Under the pieces are notes generated by a model that saw only the letters and a program-made list of their open reading frames with translations, was not told the DNA's origin and ran no database searches. The position numbers were made by a program, and so were the translations under genes. From the NCBI GenBank assembly GCA_000708835.1, contig DF236980.1:271441-335440 (forward strand): a DNA stretch of 64,000 nt. The letters are read 5' to 3'. This document shows, piece by piece, positions 33,421-45,400 of this stretch (its first letter is position 1; each line of letters begins with the position of its first letter). This stretch comes from Klebsormidium nitens (Eukaryota > Plantae > Klebsormidiophyceae).

Positions 33421-36400
33421 ATGGGGGACTCTCAGGAGGTAAGGCTATTCACTCATGCTCAACTCGAATTTCACCAACTTTAATAACTATGACGAGGACA
33501 AGGACTTTTAGTTCACTTGTCAAGTCATTCTGCAAGGCACCCTTCTTTTCAGAGCTGACAAGAGTGGGTCCTGAATGACGCTGCTTTGCCTTGCGAAGCG
33601 GCACAATACTACCTGCAGTCAATGCAACTGTTTATAGCAGCGGGAGCGATCCCGGATTCTTGGAACCTTCTGAACGCTTGCAGGGGTTTCAAAGCACCCA
33701 ACTTTAGATCAGCTGCATCATTCTGGCTTTTCAAGCTCTGTGTAGCTGACTGCTTTGAAGCTGTTGCTCTGAATGCTCTTTTCTCTTCTCACGCTCTTGT
33801 TCTCAGTGTCTCTGACCACTTCAGCTCTGCTCCAAGATTGTTTGGGGAGTGGGTTACTAAATTCTTGCAAAGTAGCTTCCTGGCAAAGGATTGAGTTTTC
33901 CAGTGTGTTGCCAGATTGCACCTGCTTGCGGAAACTATCGAGGGCTGTCACCATGTAGCAAGGAGATCGGGCTGTGGGTTTTCTCTGGTCAGCACCTTTT
34001 CAAGGAATCTGGGTTCGTGTTATTTCCACTCGGCACGTCCTCAGAGAACCTGATTGTATCTTGATCCTACTTAGCACCTCCTTTGTGAAACCTATCGTGG
34101 GTCATCTCCAAACGGCATCCGCTCAACAGTTTTGGTTGTGGATTCTCCAAAGTTAGCATCTCTACCACATTTCTTTTTGTGGGTCGTTCCCAGTCAGCAC
34201 CTTTTTATGGTTGTGGGTTGATCCCAGCTCGTGTCTCTTGAAGGAAATCGTGCTGTAGCTGTCACCGATCCCGGTCCCCTTTTGCTTGCAGAACACTGCG
34301 GCCATGTTGGAGGAGCAGACCGCCATGCTCGAGGAGGCCCTGGCGGGGTGGCAGGTGGCAGAAGAGAAGGCCAAGGAGTTCAGCAAGCAGCTGGAAGAAG
34401 CGCTCGCTCAGGTGAGGGGATGCACCAGTTCCATCAAGACTGCTGCTTGTTGTGCATGGTCTTGGTTTGGGTTGTTGCACTCAAGTCTTTGTAGGCCAGT
34501 ATCACAGACTGCTTAATGCATGGCGGCTCCAGAAGCGGCATGTTGTTTGGTCGCCACCTGTGTTGGCTGATTGCCTGCTGTCCACATGGAAGACTGAAGG
34601 CATGCTGTTCTTTTTTTCTTGCCATTGGTGGAATCATTGGCCTCAAATCGATTCCAAAGAGACAGCTTTCCAGCAGATTGAGGATTGTCTTGCAGCATGA
34701 TCTTGATCCGGGCTGATTTGTCTCAGTTGGTCTTGATATCTGCAAATGTGGATGCTATCAGTATCTGTGTGTTCCTGCTTGACCAGTTAACCGCTTTCTT
34801 GGGAATGCCAGATTGCCGGTCTGGGAACTGAAAACCGGTCAAGCTTCCTTCTGCACAAGCTTTCCGTCATTCCCGACTTGCTGAAGGAACAATTCATGAT
34901 AGCACTCGCACCAAAATTGCTGCGACAAAGGGCTGCGGATCAAGCTCTCTGGCCACTGCTGATCCTCTCAACTACCACTCCACCGTTTTCTTCCGCAATC
35001 ATGCTTCCAGTATCTTCCAGTATCAAGAAGTAACACCCTCGTGCACCCAAAGAAGCACTTATTCAGACGGGAGTTGCTGGCCAGCAATGGTTTTCTGACA
35101 TTCCTTAACCATTCTCTCCTCTAGGTCGCTGCCAAAGAGGAAGAAGCTGCCGGTCACGCCAAGGTGGCAGAGGATGCCGTCACAGGCTGGGAGGAAGCAG
35201 AGGCAAAGGCCGCTGCTCTTGAGGAAGACCTACAGAGGCTGCTCGAAGATGAAGAGAAGGCAAAGCGCGAGAGGGACGCAGCTCTGCAGCAAGTGAGGGA
35301 GGCCCAAGACAAAGAGGCCAAGCTGAGGGCGGAGATCGAGCAGCACAAGAAGAAAGACGCGAGCTTGAGGTGAGGATTCTCATTTCAAAGTTTTGCTTGT
35401 AGAGGCAGCGAGCTTCACGTGTTCCGAGGAAAAAGGTGCCAGGCAAAGGAGAGGCCTTGGAGGGGTGGTTGCATGCAATCGGTGCTCTTTGTTAGTTGAG
35501 CTCTTCCATGCAGAGACCTTCCGCTTCTGCAGTTGCTTCAAGTAGGTCTGTAAAGGAAGCATCTTTATGATTTGGGGAAGATCTGCGGCACATGCAAAAG
35601 GTCTGAATATGCTTTGAATTGAAAAGAAACTTGTGCATGGAACTGCTATACAGACATTCCAGAGGACACTTCAAAAGGTTTGTCTATATTCTGACGAGTT
35701 TGCTCGTTGGCTTCTAGGGAGCAACTGAGCCAGCTGCAGTCCCAGCTGGCACAAAAGGAGAACGCAGACCCCCGGCAGAACAACGGTGCGATCGAAGAGC
35801 TGAAGAAACAGACGGCAGCCAAGGTGAGGGCTGGATACACTGATTAACACTTATTGAAACACTGAAAGCTTTTGATTTCCAAAGTAGAAGGGTACAACTA
35901 TCTGTATGCTCTGTCTTCGTAACACTGGAAAGAAAACCTCAATCTGCAAGCGTCTAAGGCGGGAATGGAGTTGAATGAAAGGAACATGCAGATATTAGAC
36001 CCGTTTTGTGGGTATGGGAGCTCAGCACTTCAGCATCTTCTCAAAGGGCACCTTTATGCCTTTGTTACGAGCCGCTTCTTTGGCATGGCTCTTTATACTA
36101 AAACAGGACTACCCAACCAAAGGCATCAACGAACTTCCTTACAGCAAGAGACAGGAGTTACTGTGGCCGACCTCATCTCAAAATTTTCTTAGGCATCCTT
36201 AGTGCTTGAACGGCCATTTCACTTGCTAGAGTAATGAAACCTCAGCCCTCGGATCACCATCCTCATTCTCCTTCTTTCCTGGAGTCGAAGGCTGGAACCT
36301 CCTTCACTTCATTTCCTCACCTTTCTGAGACCTACAAAGTCTAGCCAGTCTTCTCCCTCTATCTCGAGATTTCCGACCTTTCTCTCATCAGTTTTGTTCG

Positions 36401-39400
36401 AACCAATCGGTTCCCTCAAAGGGCCCTCATTTGTCTGCCCTGTTCCTCATCCAAAACTCTCTCCTCGTAAAAGGCTCCAACCTCACGACTCTCTTCTTTC
36501 ACGACCTTTAGGTCCTTCCACACCGCAACTCAACCTCTGTCGTCAGCGCCTAACTGAGTCATCCCTTGCACTGAATAACTTCACCCCCAAACGCATTCAG
36601 GAACATGACAACCTTCCAAACTCCTCTTTTGTCCTCCTCAGGTTAAGGCGCTGAGCAATCAGCTGACGGAGGCCAACCGCGAGCTCGACGCCATTGCCAA
36701 GCGGCTGGAGAAACGCTCGACGACGCTGATCGACGCGGAGGGGAAGCGCAAGGACGCTGTGGCCTTGGTCAAGGGCCTCCAGAAGAAGAACCTGCTGGCG
36801 ACCAACGACCTCCAGGAGCTTACAAGTAGGTGCTCGAAATATGCTAAAAACCTCACCTTTGAGCGTGTGAGAAGGTGTTTTGTTTGACATGTCAGCCTGA
36901 ACTGTTTGCGAGCCCAAGTTTTCAGTCCAACTACGTCAAGGGCCTCCAGAAGAGGAATCTGCTGGCGACCAACGACCTCCAGGAGCTTACAAGTAGGTGC
37001 TCAAAACTCGTGTTATTTTCACATTGAAGCTCTTGTGAGAAAGCGTTTTGTTGACATGTCAGCTTGGATTGTTTGATTGTTCTCCGTTTCTGAGCGATCA
37101 TGTCAGGGGCCTCCAAAAGAAAAACCCGCTGGCCACGGACGACCTCCAGGAGATGACGAGTAGGTGCCCAAAACCTGTTGAGATCTTCGATTTGACCTCT
37201 CGTGAGAAAGCTTTTTGCCGACATGTCAGCCTAGATTGTTGGAAAGCCCAAGTTTTCAGTCAATGACATCAAGGGCCTCCAAAGAAGAACCTGCTGGCAA
37301 CGGACGACCTTCAGGAGCTTACGAGTATGTGCCCGAAGTCTCTGTCTAGGGTCCAGACTTGAATCTCCGTGAAATCTCTTTTTTCCAGAGACTCAACGGA
37401 AATAGGTTTCGTTTTGACCAGGCAGCCTGGAAATATAGTAAGAGCTTGACATTTTCTTGAAGACCTGTTTCTTGTAGAGTGCCGAAAAAAATCCCAGAAT
37501 TGTCTTCCTTCAGATCCTATTTCGTGGAAGCTGCTGCGTTTGCGAAGCTGGATTCTTCTAGGTGTAAGCTGCCATGAAGGCTTCATAAGGTCTCCTCAAT
37601 AGACCAAAACGCTGCACTGGTTGTTTTAACAACACGTCCAGGACATCGCAATGATTATTTGCACATTGGCTTGCAAAATCCTTAACCAGAAAACATCTGA
37701 AGAGCTGTTCTTATTGAACGCCACCAAAGCCTCCTTGTCAACTTTCTTCACATGCTGTCAGGCATCGTTTACGAAATAAAGAGAGGAAAACTAGAAATGC
37801 TTTTTCATCCGACTCTCGTAACCCCTTCCATGGACATGACTCCCATCTGAAGAAGCACTCCCCCCTTCCTTTCAACGTTCGAGATACGATTTCAAACGAA
37901 TCTGGGACTCTGTCCAAGTAAGTACAATCTGATCTGACCTCATCCATCCCTTTTGCAGGTTTGTCGGACAACCTGAAGTCCGGGTCGGAAGACACCGACT
38001 TCCGCCTCCATGCGGCCGCCAAGAAGCTCGCGAGCGTCGTCGAAGCATCGCGCGGCGGCGAGGCGTCGCTCCGCGGCAGCTTCGAGGCTCCGAAGTCGCC
38101 CGAAACGCCCGATGACGAGCGCAACGATGTCGTCGCGTCGCCCCTCAAAAAGGCGCGCAAGATCTCGATCGCGGCGCTCGAGTCCGCCGAGGGATCCCTC
38201 CAGGATGCGATCGCCGCGCGCGCGGGCGCGGTCGCCGAGGCCGAAGGGTTACGGATCTCGGTTAAGAAGGCGGAGGCGGAGGTCGGGAAGTTGCGCAAGG
38301 CGCTCGTGAGAAAGGCGCTCCAAGAGGGAGATCAACCGGGCAAACGGGGCCCGGGGTTAGCGGGCTTAACCGACGAAGCGATGACTGCGCTCGCGGAGGC
38401 GAAGGCCGAGGCGGAGGCGCGGTTGGCCGGGCTGGTTAAGGAGAAGGCGGAGGTTGAGGCGCGGTTAGCGTTTGCTAACCAGGAGAAGAGGGCGCTGGAC
38501 GCGGAGCTGGGGCAGACGAAACTAGAGCGGGAGTACCGGCAGAGCAAGCTGGCGGAGGCGGACGGGCAGATCGCAGAGCTGGAAGCCAACCTCGCCACCA
38601 TCATAAAGGTAGGGCGCTTTCTATATTGCCAATTATCCCAATTCAGGCAAAGGTGACACGATGTATCAACCTGCTTCACTTTTTTTCGAGTACTGGGAGA
38701 CACGATTGCAATGAGTGCTCTTTCTGAGTCTTGGCAACAACGAACTCCACTCAGCAAAGTGTACTTCCGCGCCGCAACCTTAGCATCTGACCGGCACCCA
38801 TTACAATTCTCGCTAAGCATCTTATTCGGCTTCATTATTGGTTCACGGGTAATTGCTGCACGCTTTTCTCGACGAAGCATGTCTTCTTCACGGAACCTTT
38901 TTTAAAGGAGCACCTCTCGTTACGATCCCCCTCCTTCTGACAGAGGTATGCACTCCCCTGTTTACTCCTTGAGTTCTTCTCACTTCCCTCTTTTCTTTTC
39001 TTACCAGGAGAAGCAGGTTGCTGACGCGAAGCTTGAGGCCATCGAGGGCGGCAACGAAGCGTTCCAATCCACCAGCGCCGAGCTCGCTTCGACAAAGGAA
39101 GAGAACGCCGAACTCGCGGCGAAGCTCGCGGAAAAGAGTGCGAAGGTTGCGGAGCTCGACAGTAACCTGGCCCAAGCGACGATGCGCCTCGCGCATCTGA
39201 ACGGGGAACTGGCGCTGCTGGGCGGGAAGAACGCGGAGCTGAGCGCGAAGCTGGCGTCGGGGAGCAAGGACAAGGGGGCGGAGCTGGCAATCAAAACGTG
39301 AGCTTGTTTCTGTTTTGAAGTTCTTGTTCTTGTTTTTGGATTTAATTTTCCCTGTCGGTCCTGAAAGTCGTCGTTGTCAAGCACTTTTGATTTTCGCTGT

Positions 39401-42400
39401 CGGGTTTGGGATTCGTCGTTGTCAAGCACACAACTCCCCCTTGTTTCAGGCAGTTCGTTGTCGCTTCGACCACTTCACTATCGGATTCCGAACCTTTTGT
39501 TGTCGAACTTCAGTCCCTCTAAGAGAAGCTTCTCAGAGAGTCTGGTGCAGCTAAGATGATTCCCTAAGTGGATAGTTCGTTAGGATGAGGACATAGCTTG
39601 AAGCTTAATTCGCTACCGCACGAAGACGCGCGACGTCCATTTCCGCCCCACGTCGACTGTCGCTCTTTCGCGCATCTCCACAGAAACAAACGCACGAATC
39701 AATTAGGATTGCTCGAAGCTGATACTGGTCAAACCATTTCTCGTGAAAACCTTTTCCGAACCGAATGTGAAGGTCCCATTCTTTGAATTTTTGATCGCTG
39801 AAAGAAAGTTTGAAACCCTCACGCTCTTATTTGTCTATCTCTCAAGCGCCACGCCATAGGAAACTCGCCGTGTTCGACACCTGTCCTTTGTTGCGCAGCG
39901 TGGGCAGAAGGACAGTGATTTTTCGGGGATTCTCTGTAAGACTTTTGACCCCGAACTTTTCTTTTTCGGACTGTACAACATTCTACAAATTCATTCCAAC
40001 CAGCAGCCGGGAGACTGAACACTAAAGCGACGCCTCCTCTTATTGCAGCGCGGCCCTGAAGCAGAAGGACACCGAACTTCACGACAAAGAAGTCGAGGTC
40101 GCACGCCGCGATGCGGAGCTGATGGCGCTCCGCAAGGAGCGCGAAGACCTGGCATCCAAGGCCGCAGACGCGACCAAGCGCGCCGCAGAACTAGACGTGG
40201 CGGCCGCCGAGAGCGGCAAGCGCATTGCGGACCTGGACCAGGAGCTCGCGGCCGCTATCAAGAGGGTGTCGGATCTCGACGGTGGGTGATTGACTTCTGT
40301 TTTTGGCGTCCGAAAAATCATCGTGCTTGGACTTAGGAGCAAGCAAATGCTGCCGAGTCTGTTGAGTATTCCAGATTTTTGGGAAATGTAGTGAACCTGA
40401 AAGTTCAAAGGATTGTTCTGTGTGTGCTGAGTTGAGTTCGTGAAAAGTTGAGTGCTGAGCAGCTTATGTCTGCATCAAATAAATGTCCGATCTTGCCATC
40501 TCGACGGTTAGTGGACACAATTCAGAATGTAGATGGTGTCGCTCCCACTAGTATTTGTCGCTTTGGGGTCACTGGACCGAGTGGAAAGAGCCTCGCGCCT
40601 GTGATCAAGAAATGGTTGTGTTGGAGGAAGATTGGTTGCCACGGGCTTGAATGCGTCTTGCACTTTGTTTCTTCGCGTTCCTTGTGCTGTGAATTCTCGG
40701 TTGTATCTCCGGCTTCCGTCTCAGTCCTTTGCTTTTTAACGAGATTGGTGGCTGCCTACGGAGGACTGGCTGTTTTTGCTGCACGTTGTCTTTTGACCTA
40801 CCCGTAGTGGCCGGATCAAAATGATTGCAATCTATTCCCAAAGTTCAAAGTATTCTCTGGTTGGAAGCGAAGTTGAAAACGAGCGATTCTCATCACCACT
40901 TTGATCGGACCTATTTCAAAGTTGTTCGGAAGACACCTGAAAACTGTTCCTTCTCACTCCAAGGTCCATGGTCTAGTCCTTTTTCTTGTCTTGCCGCTCT
41001 TTCCGTTCGCCTCTAGCTGCGACTCTGGGTCAAATAATCTGCTGACCTGAGTTCTCTTTCATGCAGCCGATTTGGGCGCAACCAAGGAGCAGATGCATGC
41101 CCTCGAGTCCGAGCTCGCATCCTCCAAGAAGCGTTCCGCCGACACGGAGCAACAGCTCGCCGCGGCGCAGAAGGCCCACGCTGACGTCAGCGCTGAGCTG
41201 GCGGCTGCGAAGAAGGCGTCGAACGAGGCCGCGGCGCAGCTGGCGGGCGCGCGCGCCGAGCTGGACTCATTCAAGAAAACGGTGATGGAGAAAGACAGCG
41301 AGAAGATGAGCGCTCACGAAAAGCTGGCGAAACTGGAGAGCGATCTGATGGGCGCTAGCCTAAGGATCTCGCAGTTGAGTAATGAGGCGGCGGTCTCGGA
41401 CGAACGGCTCGGGGAAGTCTCCCGGGCGCTGGACGGCGCACGGAAGCGTGTGACCGAGTTGGAAAGTGCGTTGGCCGAGGAAGAGAGGAAGGGCTCCGGG
41501 GCGAAGCGCGAACTAGAACGGGTACAGAAGGTGCTCGAGGAGCAGGGGGCGAGGGATACTGATTCTAAGAAGCGACTCGGGGAGGAGAAAGAGAGGGTTG
41601 CCGCGCTTGAGAAGAAGAACGGCGAAGCAGAGAAGGCCGCTCAGGAGGCGAAGCGGGAACTAGAACGGGTGCAGAAGGCGCTCGAGGAGCAGGGGGCGAG
41701 GGATACCGATTCTAAGAAGCGGCTCGAGGAGGCACGGGAGAAGGTTGCCGCGCTTGAGAAGAAGAACGGCGAAGCGGAGAGGGCAGCTGAAGACGCGAGA
41801 AAGGAAGTTGCTGCGATGAAGGAGAAGGTGGCGGCTTCTGAGAAGGCGCTGGGAGAAGCGAGGAAGGAGGTTGACGGGTTAAGGAAGGAAACGGACGGGG
41901 TCAAAAAGGGGTTAGAGGACAAGGAGGGCGCGGTTGCCGGGGCGCAGAAGCGGGTTACGGAACTGGAGAGTGCGCTTGCAGGGCTGTCCGAAGAGAAGGA
42001 CGCTCTGGAATCGGACGTCCAAAACTTGAAGCAGAAGAAGAGCAAGATGGAGAAGGAAATGGCGCAGGCATTGTCGAAGATCTCGGAGCTGGAGACCCGC
42101 GTGGATTCGGCGGCAAAGGAGAAAGAGGCCATCCGTGAGGAGCTTAAGGGGGTGCAGACCGAGAGAGACGAGCTCGTTTCTAAATTGGAGAAGACGGCCG
42201 GGGATCTGGAGAAGGCGAAGAAGAAGGCGGCGCAGGCGGCCAAGGAAAGAGAAGCTCTTGCCGAGGAACTGAGGGGAGTGGAAAGTGAACGGGACGAAGC
42301 GGTGTCAAAAGCGGAGAAGGTTGCGTCGGAGGCGAACCAAGCGAAGAAGAAGTCGCTCGCGGCGCTGAATGAGAAAGAGGACGAGCTGGCCGCCGTCCAA

Positions 42401-45400
42401 AGCGACAAGGAAGAGGCCCTTTCTAAACTGGAGCGCTTGGGGGCGGAGCTCGCCGCGACCAAGAAGAAGCTGCAGAAGGAGAAAGAGGTCGTCGCCGAGC
42501 AGCTGCGGCTGCTGGAAACGGAGAAGGAGGACACCGTTTCTAAACTGGCGGCGGATCTGGCGGAGTTCAAGAAGGTGGTCAAGGCGAAAGACCACGAAGT
42601 GCAGCAGACGAACTCGAAGCTGGCGCACACGTCGCGCGAGCTGACCGATTTTAAGAAGAAGTACGAGGAGGCGGCTAAGGACCAGAGGGCCGCGGCGGAG
42701 GTCGTGGAGCTCAGTTCTAAACTGGCGGCCGCGAACATCGAGCGCGAGGGCCTGTCCGCGGAGCTCATCTCGGCACAGGAAGAACAGAAAGAGCTGCTGC
42801 AACAGGTGAGGGTCAAATAGTTTGGTGAGAATCTTAAGCGGTTTTGCTTGGACAAGAGCAAAGATCCGTGTAGGGGAGTGGAATAACATCTCAAAGAATC
42901 GGTCATTCATTTTTTTTGGAGTACCAAGTTGCGGGATTATCAAGGTGACCAATTTGGGATGTGAGGGGTTACTTTGAGGGCTTAGTGTGGACCACCAAAA
43001 CACTTTTCTTGGCAACCATCATTCGTAGACAGGTGAAAAGCAGGGTCGTGACGTCTCGGGTTAGGTTTTACCGATTCTGGAATCGATAGTCTTCTGCAAC
43101 ATGTGCATGCGCCACAGAAAGAGAGCATGAGATCTTGTGTTGAGTTGTCACTTGGGGGTTGTTAATCCTGAAGCTTATCATTTCTGAAGTCGGCCGTTAT
43201 CTGCAACAGGTGCTTGCGCTGCAAAAGGAGAGCGAGAAGTTTGGGGTTTGAGTTGTTACTTCTACTTTGGGGGTTAGTGTTCCTGAAGCTCTTCATTTCC
43301 GTTATCTGTAACAGGTGCTTGCGCTGCAAAAGGAGAGCGAGAAGGCGCGCGACGCGGGCGCAAAAGCAGAGAAGGCGCGCGCACGTGTGCAGGAGGAACT
43401 AGACGCGGGACTCGAGGCGCAGAAAGCGATTGAAGCGGAGAAGGCGAAGCTGCGCAAGGAGGGGGAGGAGATGAAGGCGGCGCTCGAGCGGATCCGCGGG
43501 GAGCGGCGCGCTCTGCAGAAGCAACTAGAGGCGGCGGCGAAAGAGGCGGAGGAGAGGACGGCGAGCCGGCCCAAGGTCAGCGAATAATTGCGCTCTGTTT
43601 CTTGAGGTTGTTCGGTTTTCATCGGCTGCTTTGTGTGAAGATTCGGTTTAGGCCGGCTCAGGTTGGTAAGCGGAGTCGCGTTCTGTTCGTCTTTTGGACT
43701 CTTGAGTTTGAATGTCCTTGTTAGATTAGTTGCTTTGCTAAAGTCCTCATTCCGAGCGTCTTCTGTGGAGAGGTCTAACTAAGCAACAGTGTATGAGGCG
43801 GAATAGGTGAGACCGTATTCTGGTTCGATCGATGTTGGCGCCTTTCTGAAATTGCTTTGAGGTCATTCAAACAATGTCGAGCCAGATTCGAAGTACGTCG
43901 AGGCTTGATGTGACGGCTTGTTTGCCTCATGCGGACTATGACTGTTCTCTGAAAAGTCGAAGCAAGCGTGACGCTTTATTTCAACATCTGGATGTGACAG
44001 GCAAAGGGTGAATGCCTGTATCTATAACGGACAGAGTCCCTGAAGTGAGGTCTGTTTGCTAAGCTCTCTGTCAGTCAAGCAAAGCAGAGCGCTCCAATGC
44101 TTCCTTCGGGCCCCCAGGCTGCTCTCTTGGGGCGCCTGCAGAGCCTTCTAACGAGACGTGGCAGAATCTTGGAAACTGCGCTTTTTCGTGCTTCTGAAAT
44201 GGTAGGTCTTGGTAGGCAAGAACGAACCATCGCTAGGCGTCTAGGGCTTTACCAGGGTTTGCTTCCTAAAACGGGCTGCTTTTTCAATGGCGTTCTTGGT
44301 TGGCTTCTTTTGCTTTCGACCTAAGCCTTTATTCTGTGCTTGTCCTCCGGGTTTTGGCGCTTAGTCAAGACAAACACACAGTCTAGATGTGACTGGATGT
44401 GTCTCCCAATTGTCTGGTCCTTCTCCCTTGAGTTATTATTACAGGTGCTCCCACATCAGCTTAGGGTATCTTTCTCGCTCTGTCTTCATTTCCAGACCTT
44501 ACATTCGCCTGCAGTCTGGCTCGTTTCCTCTCTCTTACACCAAACTTCAAGCTCTTCAAAGTCATCACGCCTTTGACACAATACATGCGCCCAGCACTTG
44601 AATCCAGAGTTCATGAAGGACTTTTCTCTGGTCCGGTCAGATCCTTTCTCGGCAGCACAAGCAAGCTTACCTAAGGAGCTTTGTCATTGTCACAGTACTT
44701 AACGAAGATTTATCCAATCCTTACACTATTCTTCTTTTGTACTCCCTACCAATTCTGTTGCAATCCGCATCTTCGGTCAGAAAACCTGAAGTTTTCTTAT
44801 GCTGCCCCGCTTGGGTCTTGTCTTACAGGCCCGCGAATCTGGCAGAACTCTTTTTGGGACTTTTTCTTCGTTAATCCCATTATAGGCTGCTGTTGGTGTG
44901 CAGACCGACCCGCCAACTGGACTATGAGAAGCTAGCCGTGACGAGTGACGAAATTGCTTAAGAGTACAAGGCTCTTCTGAGAACACACTTGTCGTTTTCC
45001 GTCGGTCACTCAACAGCCACTAACAACCGCAATCGGTTACTCGAAACCATTCGACAAATTCTTGAGCAGAAGGTTTGGCTCGCGCAGGCCGCCACCGGAG
45101 TGCAGACCAATGCCCCGCTGGAGCAGGACACTCCCAAGAACAAACTCGTGTTCTATATTTGTGCAATCTTTAACAATAAGTAATGGGACTTTTGAACCTC
45201 TTCAGAACGCCTGAAATCTGATCAATCTATTTCTTGCGCAGGCCGCTGCCGGTGTGCAGACCGATGCCCCGCTGGACTACGAGGAGCTCGCTGCGATGCG
45301 CGACGAAGTCGTCCAAATGGAGCAAGAGCTGCTCGCCGTCAAGGAGATGATGCAAGCCAAGATGATCTCGCTGGACGAGCGTGAGCACCAACTAGGTATG

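Noticed and set aside
36768-37335. CRISPR-like appearance of regularly spaced repeats
   Set aside because: Units are ~167-bp degenerate copies of exon and intron sequence with homologous 'spacers', in a eukaryotic gene with no cas genes.
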